Positions 21,001 through 24,683 of a DNA stretch of 64,000 bases are shown one piece after another. The stretch is taken from positions 1,196,769 to 1,260,768 of the forward strand of contig OZ244779.1 of NCBI GenBank assembly GCA_965219575.1, written 5' to 3'. The DNA comes from Candidatus Oxydemutatoraceae bacterium. Lineage in GTDB: Bacteria > Pseudomonadota > Gammaproteobacteria > Poriferisulfidales > Oxydemutatoraceae. Position 1 is the stretch's first letter. Each line of letters begins with the position of its first letter. The position numbers and the translations under genes were made by a program. Under the pieces are notes generated by a model. That model was not told the origin of the DNA. It did not search any database and worked only from the letters and a program-made list of their open reading frames with translations.

Positions 21001-22173
21001 TCTGCAACGGTGGAAATCACCTTAGACGAAGATACCGTTTCTAACGGAAATAGTGCAAGCAGACCTGTTGTTATTGACGAGACCGGAGACAGTAGAACCT
21101 TAAGCATTAAAGTGATTGCCCAAAATGGCACGACGAGTCGGACTTATACCTTGACGGTGATGCGCGCCGAGAGTTCGGATGTGAGCTTGGCTTCGTTGAG
21201 CGTGGAGAACACCATTTCAAGTGATTTAGAAGTGGTAGACAATAAAACCTTATATACCGCAACCTTACCTGAAAATGTTTCAAATACGACCGTGACCGTC
21301 GTCGCTAACGATGAACTTGCAACGGTGGAAATCACCCTAGACGAAGATATTGTTTCTAACGAAAATAGTGCAAGCAGACCCGTTGTTATTGACGAGACCG
21401 GAGACAGTAGAACCTTAAGTATCAAAGTGATTGCTCAAAATGGCACGACGAGTCGGACTTATACTTTGATAGTAGCCCGAGGGGTAAGTTTGGATGTGAG
21501 TTTGGGTTCGCTACGCGTGGATCGTGCCGACCCGGACGATATAGAGTTGGATGACAATGAAAATGTATATACCGCAACCTTGCCTGAGGCTGTTTCAAAT
21601 ACGACCGTGACCGTCGTCGCTAACGATGAATCTGCAACGGTGGAAATCACCTTAGACGAAGATACCGTTTCTAACGGAAATAGTGCAAGCAGACCTGTTG
21701 TTATTGACGAGACCGGAGACAGTAGAACCTTGAGCATCAAAGTGATTGCCCAAAATGGCACGACGAGTCGGACTTATACCTTGACGGTGATGCGCGCCGA
21801 GAGTTCAGATGTGAGCTTGGCTTCGTTGAGCGTGGAGAACACCATTTCAAGTGATTTAGAAGTGGTAGACAATAAAACCTTATATACCGCAACCCTGCCC
21901 GAGGCTGTGGCAAATACGACTGTGACCGTAATCACCACACATTCGCAAGCGACGGTTGCAATCACCTTAGACGGAGAGATGAATTCCGCTCTCAACGAGC
22001 TAAGCAGACAAGTGACTATTGCCGATCCTGGTGCTTCCAAAACCCTGGAAATCGTGGTGACCGCACAAGACGGCACGACGAGTCCAACTTATACCTTGAT
22101 AGTGACCCGTGCATTGAGTACGAGAGTAATACGTATTCGCGCCAAAGTCTTCTTGGAAGGTCCTCTGCAATAG
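1..22173 (+). CDS. Giant secreted adhesin-like protein 1 (5'-partial): five GLUG-repeat modules, PKD/Ig-like domains and about 36 cadherin-like beta-sandwich domains
   Basis: The frame is open from base 1 (CTA AAC GAT GTC GGC ATG), so the ATG at 16 is internal. Modules open with DxDxxGL[LI]E[VI]..L.A.RY..DGSGY..GCP..GC.GYEL at about 133, 1639, 3385, 5686 and 7873. GGLVG-x-N / NSYA.G.V repeats are GLUG-like, with WDFG..QYP caps. From about 10450 there are ~105-aa repeats ending VTAQ[DN]G.T..TYTL.V.R, the cadherin-like beta-sandwich pattern. Stop TAG at 22171-22173. Confidence 0.9.
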   Translation, partial: LNDVGMTTITVTVSSGFRYRFEYIINVDRLLFSIPINSEGERLADADGNGLLEVRSVEQLDAMRYQPDGSGYRASGTVSEINSGCPLIVGCTGYELVADLDFLTESSYDNAQLTMPLWTTGAGWQPIGSRTNPFTAGFVSSGRTISNLSIRRRSADDIGLFGAVRGAEIRGIGLINVEIAGNNRVGALVGVDLGGNSRIINSYASGTVRAFGDDADGLAGVHRGNAGGLVGVYRGTIVNSFVSGLVTAPDGAAGGLVGSLLSGNIDNSYAGGAVIGRFAGGLVGSMQTAVITNSYAAVSIGGNRGGGLVGIVARGGTSTIDDSYAVGRNSSEDARGLASQEQDGLLSVTTSYWDSDVANVSTSDGGGSSQTTANLRQTTGNTGIYAGWLPNHWWFMTNRQYPRLRYAGECDQIGISERTRPGCGDLLPGQYTGLMDLTFSQEVLNLQPQFNPRLFDYALTLKAGETQFTMTPTWYNNHQAAISDTGGTNSSQRVNSGQESAAITVPVSGLNIMVRATGTTIINTEDENLVYRIRVTHHPYLTLSDVDEDDDGLIEVRDLRDLNAMRYQLDGSGYRASTATEKISVGCPLSIGCIGYELVTSIDFAGRNWNPIGASGAGGFSCDHPTSECFAAIFDGNRDLGYEISNLSIAASDADNVGLFAYLAAEAGVRNLVLSNVSLQGSEGVGGIAGYSAGTLENNGFDGTVVGKAYLGGVVGYNDGLIRENFADVVVGGDTSGENDNIGGLVGYNTDRIFNSYAIGSVSGDNNVGGLVGRSERGGYIINSHANNRVSGINYIGGLVGRNGDNSRIFSSYALGEVSGSTGVGGLVGLNFGILQDTYASGNIVASDRVGGLVGDNRNANNNAIVNSYAIGRVRGDSEVGGLIGYNTGTGNITDSYWDINTSGLTQSAGGSGQPTSELRGDIIGLGGLNDSIFIRWDLARWQSFGGQYPILKYAEYTIDGSRTCRVVDSIILQQSPERVPADLAICGRSTNVSQPRTFQSYGLNSLLSLGIPQLSPQFSPTRLRYRVDVEFDEEVERTRLLLLLPTAADPDAIIDIAYNGEQSTVDSGAIAEIMLDPASEDDVIITVRTPSPDTRSNPKSVVEYVLELDYFVVDLSREIAIAVNREADADGDGLIEINYLEDLDAVRNDVDGTVYRYTFPNGISVRSATGCPTTPTVACRGYELMRDLDFLDPDSYLSGTVNLDWVNRWDPIANTRNFECIQSDNSPSPCFNGIFDGNGYTIHNLRIGADVGKDAAGLFHSIGPSGRVSNLNLRNVTIENLAPRTVQVGSLAGTNEGTISNTRVINGKILIDQPPVMVSQNTVTENRRGVGGLVGTNEVGGIIRYSSAHIDVSTVELRTGGLVGNSRIRGRILNSYAIGTVTGDNIGGLVGIRSGANNVVENNYAMVKLNIIGEQDDFSGTIGGISGFDSQSTNPPVKNSYVAGEFVNSSELASNRFVLNQFDFSRAGLGGGRRIFFDELAAGFGTAPENSYWDQNFNDNKIRRLTERRLTIDRRRTTAELQMPIAPGMTQNDVYYLWSVAHWDFGTDTQYPTLRAANGDLAPEVWDMLVDDIAPTRVLILSDEDMFDQFIFRGRQLIVDGNRLLEPITLNTDPVVADIAVEIYCDRFRCLLADRGDSTSVILGTTDTRQIRFTARRGNRVSDYNFDVAYDELFLNNVDNIRVDEGDTFDVIGDYPDNLGLGTMPNFTIKWSQIAGPTIDIVNTDRLNLGLRPQVNVVAESTDHSIFTFRLEVGIGDQVHIVRDISARINKVNNAPPTGSLALQLDDNRDRGIRFVVLSPPTDIDGGLGPAMLQFQRRLVVDDRSGIWNDIQLPESSPGSDLYTAPLESGNYEYRVVAFYRDGQGYSESLITNSVTIISTVDPDGDFIFNDPDIDDDNNGLIEIHCLEDLNRVRYELDGRGYKDSDDGDLNTTGCPVGGCIGYELVQNLDFEDDASYCTSDTDTTARDALKAAWTVAQGNFGNPRDLSWQPIGGVFSAVFDGNNNKISNLQINSSVPTIQTNVGLFSVIGANAKVENLRLEDVAIKGFVVRRNIGGIAGTLRRDGLVFNSYVTGNTDGNNTDKVISGDLGIMGGLIGLNRGNILNSYAQINIRLDARSGTLPPVTSDVKFAGGLVGQNSGGGKILNSYYANGEVLAPCAVGGLVGVQRSENRNTLSLTSEIRNSYVFAARVRLNRAESRCGNWIDNTVYAGGLVGFSADSPITNSYVGNGTRAFRDGNRNTCSSSQIALQNFSVDGVPITRNIAIRLGGFAGRINNDDITHGYWEYNGYQCSSDSTNRYYGLADSPLRARHGNDELIFATAPNAAPIDGQCEDLRTGAQYDCTTYTNWSTDDWFFGESDEYPSIRHAVGLVRNNPGCDFDDTTSLPKCGDLLLGQPPHDNAPDELEAPLQVDIPPQARIRYAVDGDTLTELNAPNTITIDEGETLTLDALRSISANNAPLNYLWRQASGPMLLLEPVAGTEIELAAADDFVAADADSAQVVIWLELGERNNPDLFKLVSITLNVIKRNSQGSLTVDWLGDAVLYLSEINDPDGGPFTDVEYQWRRGSDGRFVDIGGANELSYRVPPEARDGRYRLQVGYTDGQGYFNRVSFDAQPYSTIADLVDKDRDGLIEISTIEQLSAIRHQPDGSGYKAEMNGASDSSGCPGGTCRGYELVRNLDFDDRASYSSTATDVIEQWDNWNGIDNFNTVFEGNELTISNLKIIGEANSSNIGLFGRTLQAAEIRNISLAQASVQGANRVGMLAGNFTGRAITDSHVLSGDVVVTGEIGGCLIGRAGGNATISDSSVNCTITGYNTVGGLVGESSAGIERSFATGAVVELPLSNLSRTIEIGGLVATLLDGRIEDSYAAVDIRSQSTNNLIFSSSGVGGLVGRSEFGASINNSYAIGDVINVGDARIDLVGGLVGDAGGSISNSYATGNVDVSSGLQSLNTGGLVGRLNATTVDNSYASGDVKGYRNVGGLIGWVRDSNSGINNSYANGAVSGDARIGGLVGNANGGGISNSYAIGNLSGRADVGGLVGIGSASLQNSYWDIDRSGTTSSVVARGFASEVLKSATAPSMTANGVYYTWSSDNWDFGVDTQYPALKYRDASCGTATPSSNCGEVLLRQRLGLRDIRLSQLGATRQAQIVPTFDATIDKEDPDATAVRDYRLYVDSNALEFGINAVANSRDSVIAVDGGPVSAGTVDYSPALDFSTTTVVKILVSEPYEIEGKENLKVEYRLTLNAFPMVDDIQYQAALDPQSAPLNASVPIREGHFIVLTSRVSDINGNDLSYRWTVDRTQVSLLDESTLVGTVVGGSGNIILPFYLTDDFVAADRSQEMVRVSLTVQDSEGISMTEELSLPVMKHNNGTIGGISTPTQIGFTYTAPTVTATQLAEDPDRGGDIDSIGYQWQRQFEGIWSDIAGETDLRYTVGGFIADFYRVIISYTDGQGYRVEVPSAPARASSGLLLRALPGAETTAIGGVLILFNAENLREAEGDMRAGFFIDTTSYTVPTETDQITLTVASADSVVSVNGMPRGRSFDISLPLNFGNNVITVQWQDEDDNPITYEITVRRAYNTTLQSWRIAWQGQTAIDFTATPPQPDTDHILSEFIPNNIQTVSVSARISEAVNIAIDLNEDNVGNVSTGTSTEAGAVVAQATVAGLVLGENTIRFVISSPDGLQSEEYTATVWRRYNAQLEALTTSATEEQLLPSFDSETTEYSARTANHRASERIDFSGAAGTTVVVNDVARASTSTLPLRIGDNTAELIVMAPRERDTTYTVIVHREYSLNLRSLGLANAVELVPTLVPTGDRYITENRYTATVPDTTTQVTVTFATDLGIGSLLSAPIQPVITENTIRNNDADDRIETTASVPLNFDENRILLTTSALGEQRVTTITVTRLRGKNPDLQPQPAGLVPETADSISYDEDTRRYTIDVPNRIADLRLTLRPQDPNVSSITLGNTSLDLSGLNRQLDLSSLRDTGSVNGIISGLIEGGAVEVGLKIIAHDGINSQTYTVTVNRALSSNDNLDYVQLSQFNEGQDSAAVSFRIDSGQFIELLSQQSLRNEVDRIRLNPTTERRDANVKITKVGDTPEIVYFNAEGSGITPSDFINLDLGRNDIRIKVTAPDRITSTTYTLSITRNLSDNTELETAPSVSGNPARLVRRGVYIAELDRGTTSFSVEATALHPSATVTITTATVTIDNLINADRSTRISDIPISVDMSEQEFAIFVLAQNQMSSQSYVLTVRLIESSDANLASLSVERASPSNIALDDNENVYRTTLPENISATTVTAVANDRFATVKITENGRSIGSRGQEAIGRIFIFDTGVSRTLQIEVTAQDDTVRTYTLTITRAESSNNCLQALTILNSADNSRAAGRTLGSCDDTNPSFNVANSVAQILVRPTAEDSRRATIEVRAPGDTVGEQVRRGANSTRPIAVPEGGTTTFTIVVTAQNGETRSYTVAVNRAASSNADLSDLRLVDINNANLLPNFDPTSRTQVYRFGVPNTTTGTRVTATAHPRAVIRVDIDGVEDTTTATGTIDSEFDLEEAEVEKRIRIVVTSQDRNNIRGYTVFVTRAEADSTNANLASIAISLNNNVRTPLFTLTSPDEGTTATYSARIMGTAEREVQTIEQIIVSPRAEDGGATISIDGDAEVSMPDAQVTLDAELDAPEEQPIAIKVTAGDKTTSAVYSLQITRVSSADVGFATVVVGGAELDIDDRSTRYTASIGERTTNTIVSVRTRHSQATMEITLGSDTVSTGNRASRLVVIDDTGGRESLQIKVIAQNGMTSRTYTVEVNRDRSSDTSLASIIVGNTSATVVDNRTYTATLNQNTSRTTVTVTANSTHATTVISEGGSSTRGRQRVSRGLTIADPGDSKELQIRITAQSGAVQTYRLTVEREQSTDDRLYELALLPSSGRPVRIITRPTTTTEHQRQFDFGVTGIRVQAFAHPNADKIEVFAPGSDAGEEIAQGGVSSLIPLTEGEPSVIRILVTAQDGETTRPYVIRVTRALNPDDDLRGLGLISEGVRLDRSFNRNTLRYGVTGNIGERLTVTVTSGPGQRIIVDDDETPVIDARSESVNSAFSRSLEYGENTIEILVIAQNRMTSQTYILTAFRPVVLEDLLLEGLSRRAIEPYRFDPFERNYAVTVDRTTASLVITPVIPLVSGIEYTISQGGERITQDEAASIALMTAETKVITVALEAPNGTMNSYRVRATRERSNNANLGNLQVSFETTLFQFDNLATSANYVYTVPNRIADIRLSAGVAQTSATIIDFRINNNPAGGVSSDETEIDETIPLNEGETKEITIKVLAQDLETSKTYTIGVTRRLSSNTDLSSAPIIIIGETTASAVLVSDTEYTAVIDRNVTSFSVSATAAHSSATVTISINDGLDAVGGRTVTKTGIPIRVPTSPADIAAARQEITIVVRAPDRTTIQEYTLTVRLADSTDVSLASLSVRDEQRRPGSDGTYAVSFTEAVADFNVVAMATDLFATVTITDITDTENDMLLFAGGQRVEGEITLETGEDKTLSIKVTAQDGITSQTYILTVDRARSSDASLASLGVSNTTPSNIVLQDNLFRYTATLAEDVANTTVTAVAGNRFAMVTITDITDTENDMSFTPGVERAIRRATLDRTGDMRTLQIRVTAQNGVAMSRIYTLTVIRAKSSDASLRSLTVDRADPEELVSEADRDRDEYTATVGDDVANTTVTVVATDPFATVTITDITDTENGMELARGVQTTTTRITLEETGDRKTLSIEVIAQNGTTSTYTLTVVREQSRDTSLASLTVDDGTDREELVSETDRDPDEYTATVGVDVANTTVTAVANNTSATVTITENGRVVAGGDDRRAERGITLARRGDTKTLQIKVTAQNGMTSRTYTLIVARGVSLDTSLASLIVDDGTDREELVSLVSEADPDGYTLTVAENVVNTTMTVVANDEFATVTITDITDIENDMLLAEGGQSTVTRITLEETGDRKTLQIKVIAESRTTSRTYALTVVRADSSDASLASLSVSNISPNIVLRDDLFTYTATLAEDVANTTMTAVAGNRFATVTITEITENNMPFAAGVERAIGRATLDRTGDTRTFQIRVTAQNRVAMSRIYTLEVTRAKSSDASLRSLTVDRADPEELVSEADRDRDEYTATVGDDVANTTVTVVANDEFATVRITDTTDTENGTLLAEGGQSTATGITLEESGDSRTLSIKVIAQNGTTSQTYTLTVMRAESSDVSLASLRVDRVDPRDIELDDDENVYTATLPENVSNTTVTVVANDESATVEITLDEDTVSNGNSASRPVVIDETGDSRTLSIKVIAQNGTTSRTYTLTVMRAGSSDVSLASLRVQNTISSDLEVVDNKTLYTATLPENVSNTTVTVVANDESATVEITLDEDIVSNGNSASRPVVIDETGDSRTLSIKVIAQNGTTSRTYTLTVMRAESSDVSLASLSVENTISSDLEVVDNKTLYTATLPETVANTTVTVVANDESATVEITLDEDIVSNENSASRPVVIDETGDSRTLSIKVIAQNGTTSRTYTLIVARGVSLDVSLGSLRVNRADPDDIELDDNENVYTATLPENVSNTTVTVVANDESATVEITLDEDTVSNGNSASRPVVIDETGDSRTLSIKVIAQNGTTSRTYTLTVMRAESSDVSLASLSVENTISSDLEVVDNKTLYTATLPETVANTTVTVVANDEFATVEITLDEDIVSNENSASRPVVIDETGDSRTLSIKVIAQNGTTSRTYTLIVARGVSLDVSLGSLRVNRADPDDIELDDNENVYTATLPENVSNTTVTVVANDESATVEITLDEDIVSNENSASRPVVIDETGDSRTLSIKVIAQNGTTSRTYTLTVMRAESSDVSLASLSVQNTISSDLEVVDNKTLYTATLPEAVANTTVTVVANDEFATVEITLDEDIVSNENSASRPVVIDETGDSRTLSIKVIAQNGTTSRTYTLIVARGVSLDVSLGSLRVDRADPDDIELDDNENVYTATLPENVSNTTVTVVANDESATVEITLDEDTVSNGNSASRPVVIDETGDSRTLSIKVIAQNGTTSRTYTLTVMRAESSDVSLASLSVENTISSDLEVVDNKTLYTATLPENVSNTTVTVVANDELATVEITLDEDIVSNENSASRPVVIDETGDSRTLSIKVIAQNGTTSRTYTLIVARGVSLDVSLGSLRVDRADPDDIELDDNENVYTATLPEAVSNTTVTVVANDESATVEITLDEDTVSNGNSASRPVVIDETGDSRTLSIKVIAQNGTTSRTYTLTVMRAESSDVSLASLSVENTISSDLEVVDNKTLYTATLPEAVANTTVTVITTHSQATVAITLDGEMNSALNELSRQVTIADPGASKTLEIVVTAQDGTTSPTYTLIVTRALSTRVIRIRAKVFLEGPLQ
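16640..18640 (+). repeat. Internal duplication of a two-domain block within giant gene 1, offset 1338 bp
   Basis: About 16640-17300 recurs at about 17985-18640. For example SSDASLRSLTVDRADPEELVSEADRDRDEYTATVGDDVANTT is identical in both, and the antisense ORFs 16873..17193 and 18211..18531 are offset by 1338 bp. Confidence 0.85.
18651..22115 (+). repeat. Intragenic tandem array of 11 x 315 bp (105 aa) cadherin-like units of two alternating types
   Basis: Unit starts ([ga]agtt[ct][ga]gatgtgag) at 18651, 18966, 19281, 19596, 19911, 20226, 20541, 20856, 21171, 21486 and 21801. Type A contains NTISSDLEVVDNKTLY and type B contains DP.DIELDD.ENVY. Order is B A A B A B A B A B A, and the last unit diverges in its second half. 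Confidence 0.95.
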
Positions 22174-22287
22174 AACCACCGAACCATTCCCCTCTTTCGG
22201 AGGGAGGCAAGTATTCTATGCTATACTACCTTCTATTTACGATAACCGAATATTTAACCGACAACTTAAGAACAAAGGAGGTGCATT

Positions 22288-23151
22288 ATGGATGTCAATA
22301 TAAATCTCAACGGATTAGACTTAAAAATAAATGTTGAAAAAGCCGGTTCGGGCAAGACCGCTTTATTAATGGTTCATGGGATCCCTACGAATGCGCGCTT
22401 GTGGCGGCATTTGCAGGAACACTTGAAGGACGACTACACCAGCTATGCGATGGACATGGTCGGTTATGGAATGTCCGACATGCCACTGGATGATTTTGAA
22501 CATACGCTGACTAACCAGGCGGAAGCCATTCGCGCGGTGATAGATGCCCTAGACCTTAAAGGCAAAGTAATCCTCTTGGCACACGATCACGGCGGCGGTG
22601 CCGCACAAATTTTTGCATCGAAGTACTGCGACCATATCAGTCGTCTGGTGCTGATCAACCCGGTAGCATTCGACTACTGGCCAGTGCTCGAAGTAGAAGG
22701 CTTCAACGGCTTGGTGGGTGCCAGTGACGAAGTTTTGCAAGGTGCTATGGCACAGGCTGCTGCAGGCTTCGGTATGCTACTACGCACCGGTAGCCACGAC
22801 AAAATTGCCTTTACCGACCAAAATGTCAAGCAGAATTACTTGCGGTTTTGGGCTCGCGGACCGGGCTTAACCGGCTTCAAGTCTCTGGTTAAAGTCTGTA
22901 GCCAACCCGACAATCAAGAAACCCTGTCGGTAGACCACTCTCAAATAAAATGCCCGACGCTGATTTGCTGGGCATTACACGATGCTTGGATGCCCAAGGA
23001 ATCCGGGATACGCCTCAAAGCTGCAATCGCAGGTCCGGTGAGACTCGAGTTCGTAGAGAGAGCGGGGCATTATGTGCTGGAAGACCGACCCGATGCGATC
23101 GCAGCCTATGTGCATGACTTTATTACCGAATGGGAAGGTGTCTCTTTATAG
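22288..23151 (+). CDS. Alpha/beta-fold hydrolase, epoxide hydrolase/haloalkane dehalogenase-like (Asp nucleophile)
   Basis: HGIP oxyanion motif, DMVGYGMSD (GxGxS), nucleophile elbow AHDHGG and C-terminal AGHYVLED catalytic His. Strong RBS AAAGGAGGTG upstream. Confidence 0.85.
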   Translation: MDVNINLNGLDLKINVEKAGSGKTALLMVHGIPTNARLWRHLQEHLKDDYTSYAMDMVGYGMSDMPLDDFEHTLTNQAEAIRAVIDALDLKGKVILLAHDHGGGAAQIFASKYCDHISRLVLINPVAFDYWPVLEVEGFNGLVGASDEVLQGAMAQAAAGFGMLLRTGSHDKIAFTDQNVKQNYLRFWARGPGLTGFKSLVKVCSQPDNQETLSVDHSQIKCPTLICWALHDAWMPKESGIRLKAAIAGPVRLEFVERAGHYVLEDRPDAIAAYVHDFITEWEGVSL

Positions 23152-23204
23152 AGCCTCCCATACACAAACCGCCTGTAGATACTACGGATAACCGGCTTTG
23201 CCGA

Positions 23205-24083
23205 TTAGGGTTTGATATAGTTCGGTGCGATAGTCTCCATTGTCGTAGTGCATAAGGTGTCGCTTTCGGCACAGACGCTATCGACTTGTAGCGATAGATA
23301 ATTATCAAAACTAAAAGGTCGCCCCGGAACGAAATCGCAAACCCGACCTTGCAGCTTTGCCAGACTATCGGGCAAGGCTATAATTTTTACCCGCTTGTCG
23401 AGCAGCTGCGCAACATAGCTTACGATTTGTTCGAGTGTGTATTGTTTAGGTCCGCAGAGATTGATCGATTGACCTATGGTGTTATCGTCGTCGATGCTTT
23501 CTACAACTCGTGTCGCCAGTTCGTTTACATAAACCGGTGCAAACAAGGTGTCTGCACAAGCGAGCGGGAAGAGAGGGACGGGAAGTAGTTTAAGAAGTCG
23601 AGCAAAGCGATTCAAAAAGCTATCTTCGGGACCGAATACCACCGAAGGTCTGAAACTTGTGACCTCCAAGCCGTCGGCTTCGAGCGCAAGCTGCTCGCCG
23701 GCATATTTCGTTTTTAGATATTCACTGGGTCCCTGCGGGTTTACATTCAAGGCACCGACATGTAAGTAGCGTCGGATACCCGCCGAGCGACATGCGTGTA
23801 TGACTTGTCTCACCAACTCTACATGCGCGCGATGAAAATCTTGCGGATGCAAGATGCGCTTATTCAATATCCCGACCAAGTTGATAACGCAATCGCAATC
23901 GCTCAATAGTTCGGCGGAGAAGTGCTGCGGTTCGTAGACCCGCAGTTGGACGCGCGCCGATAAATCGCGCGCAGTTCCGTTGCGGCTTAAGAGGATGATT
24001 TCATGATCTAGAGCCGACAATGTATTTGTTATAGCACCGCCTACAAACCCACTGCCGCCGATTACTGTTACACGCATAGTCAA
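23205..24083 (-). CDS. NAD(P)-binding atypical SDR / complex I NDUFA9-like epimerase family protein
   Basis: Rossmann motif GGSGFVG, VINLVGIL, SEYLKTKYAGE (YxxxK), FRPSVVFGPEDSFLNRFA and FAPVYV. The start may be one of the nearby ATGs rather than the TTG at 24083. Confidence 0.9.
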   Translation of the reverse strand: MTMRVTVIGGSGFVGGAITNTLSALDHEIILLSRNGTARDLSARVQLRVYEPQHFSAELLSDCDCVINLVGILNKRILHPQDFHRAHVELVRQVIHACRSAGIRRYLHVGALNVNPQGPSEYLKTKYAGEQLALEADGLEVTSFRPSVVFGPEDSFLNRFARLLKLLPVPLFPLACADTLFAPVYVNELATRVVESIDDDNTIGQSINLCGPKQYTLEQIVSYVAQLLDKRVKIIALPDSLAKLQGRVCDFVPGRPFSFDNYLSLQVDSVCAESDTLCTTTMETIAPNYIKP

Positions 24084-24104
24084 TAGAGTAGTTTAGGTGT
24101 TTAT

Positions 24105-24494
24105 CGGTATTTTTTCAACCGATGCTCCGTAGGTGTAAGCACAAAGTAGTAATGTGGGACTGTTGAAAAAGTAATGTTCTGCATGAATTCAAACGCTATG
24201 CGCCACATGTATGATAACCACAAAGTCGTAGGGGCAGTATAAAGCCGCCGATTGAGCCGGTAGGTCAATCGGCAACTCTGATGTCTGCCCTTAAGTGCCG
24301 TTCTGCACAGCCGTAACCGCTTGCGCCGTATGGTTTTGGTTTCCATAAATTGGATGAATGAATGTATAAATCGTGCAGGTGTAATGCGTTACGGGCGGAC
24401 ATGTTAGTCCGCCCCTACGGTAGGTAAAAATAAATTTTGTGGATAAACACATTATCCGTGCCAAACGGTATTTTTTCAACCTATGCTCCGTAGG
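24105..24494. repeat. Intergenic repeat mosaic: 29-bp direct repeats enclosing two inverted GTAG-type REP-like hairpins
   Basis: cggtattttttcaacc[g/t]atgctccgtagg at 24105-24133 and 24466-24494 (1 mismatch). GTAG-GGGCAG...CTGCCC at 24228-24290 contains a nested GCCGATTGA/TCAATCGGC stem. On the minus strand, GTAG-GGGCGGAC-taacat-GTCCGCCC spans 24418-24393. Confidence 0.7.
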
Positions 24495-24683
24495 AATGAA
24501 CTCGCATACCTGTGCGCCCGAACCGCGCATCGCATCTGCATAACCTCAAACGTCTCGCACCGTACGAGTAAGAATATCGGGGTGATTTGTATATCTTTTA
24601 TGCTATTATGAGTTTTTCAATTTTAGGTATGCTATAACCGAATAACATTAGTGTGCGTTTAACAAAGCCTTTTATATTATTCC

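Noticed and set aside
321-22076. Many antisense and alternate-frame ORFs inside the giant genes, including a periodic 93/100-aa series at 18624-22076
   Set aside because: They are shadows of the repetitive coding strand. The periodicity simply mirrors the 315-bp array, and there are no RBSs or recognizable motifs.
18651-22115. Possible CRISPR array
   Set aside because: The units are 315-bp in-frame coding repeats with no unique spacers, and no cas genes are present.
1-22173. Classification of the giant proteins as RTX/T1SS, autotransporter or two-partner secretion substrates
   Set aside because: No GGxGxDxxx repeats, no C-terminal beta-barrel ending in an aromatic residue, no TPS (NPNG) domain seen, and no cognate transporter genes in the window.
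22187-22208. Rho-independent terminator after giant gene 1
   Set aside because: Only a 5-bp stem (CCCTC/GAGGG) with no U-tract, too weak to call.
24101-24530. Two short minus-strand ORFs (81 and 79 aa) sharing PTEHRLKKYR
   Set aside because: The shared peptide is just the 29-bp direct repeat, and the region looks like non-coding repeat DNA.
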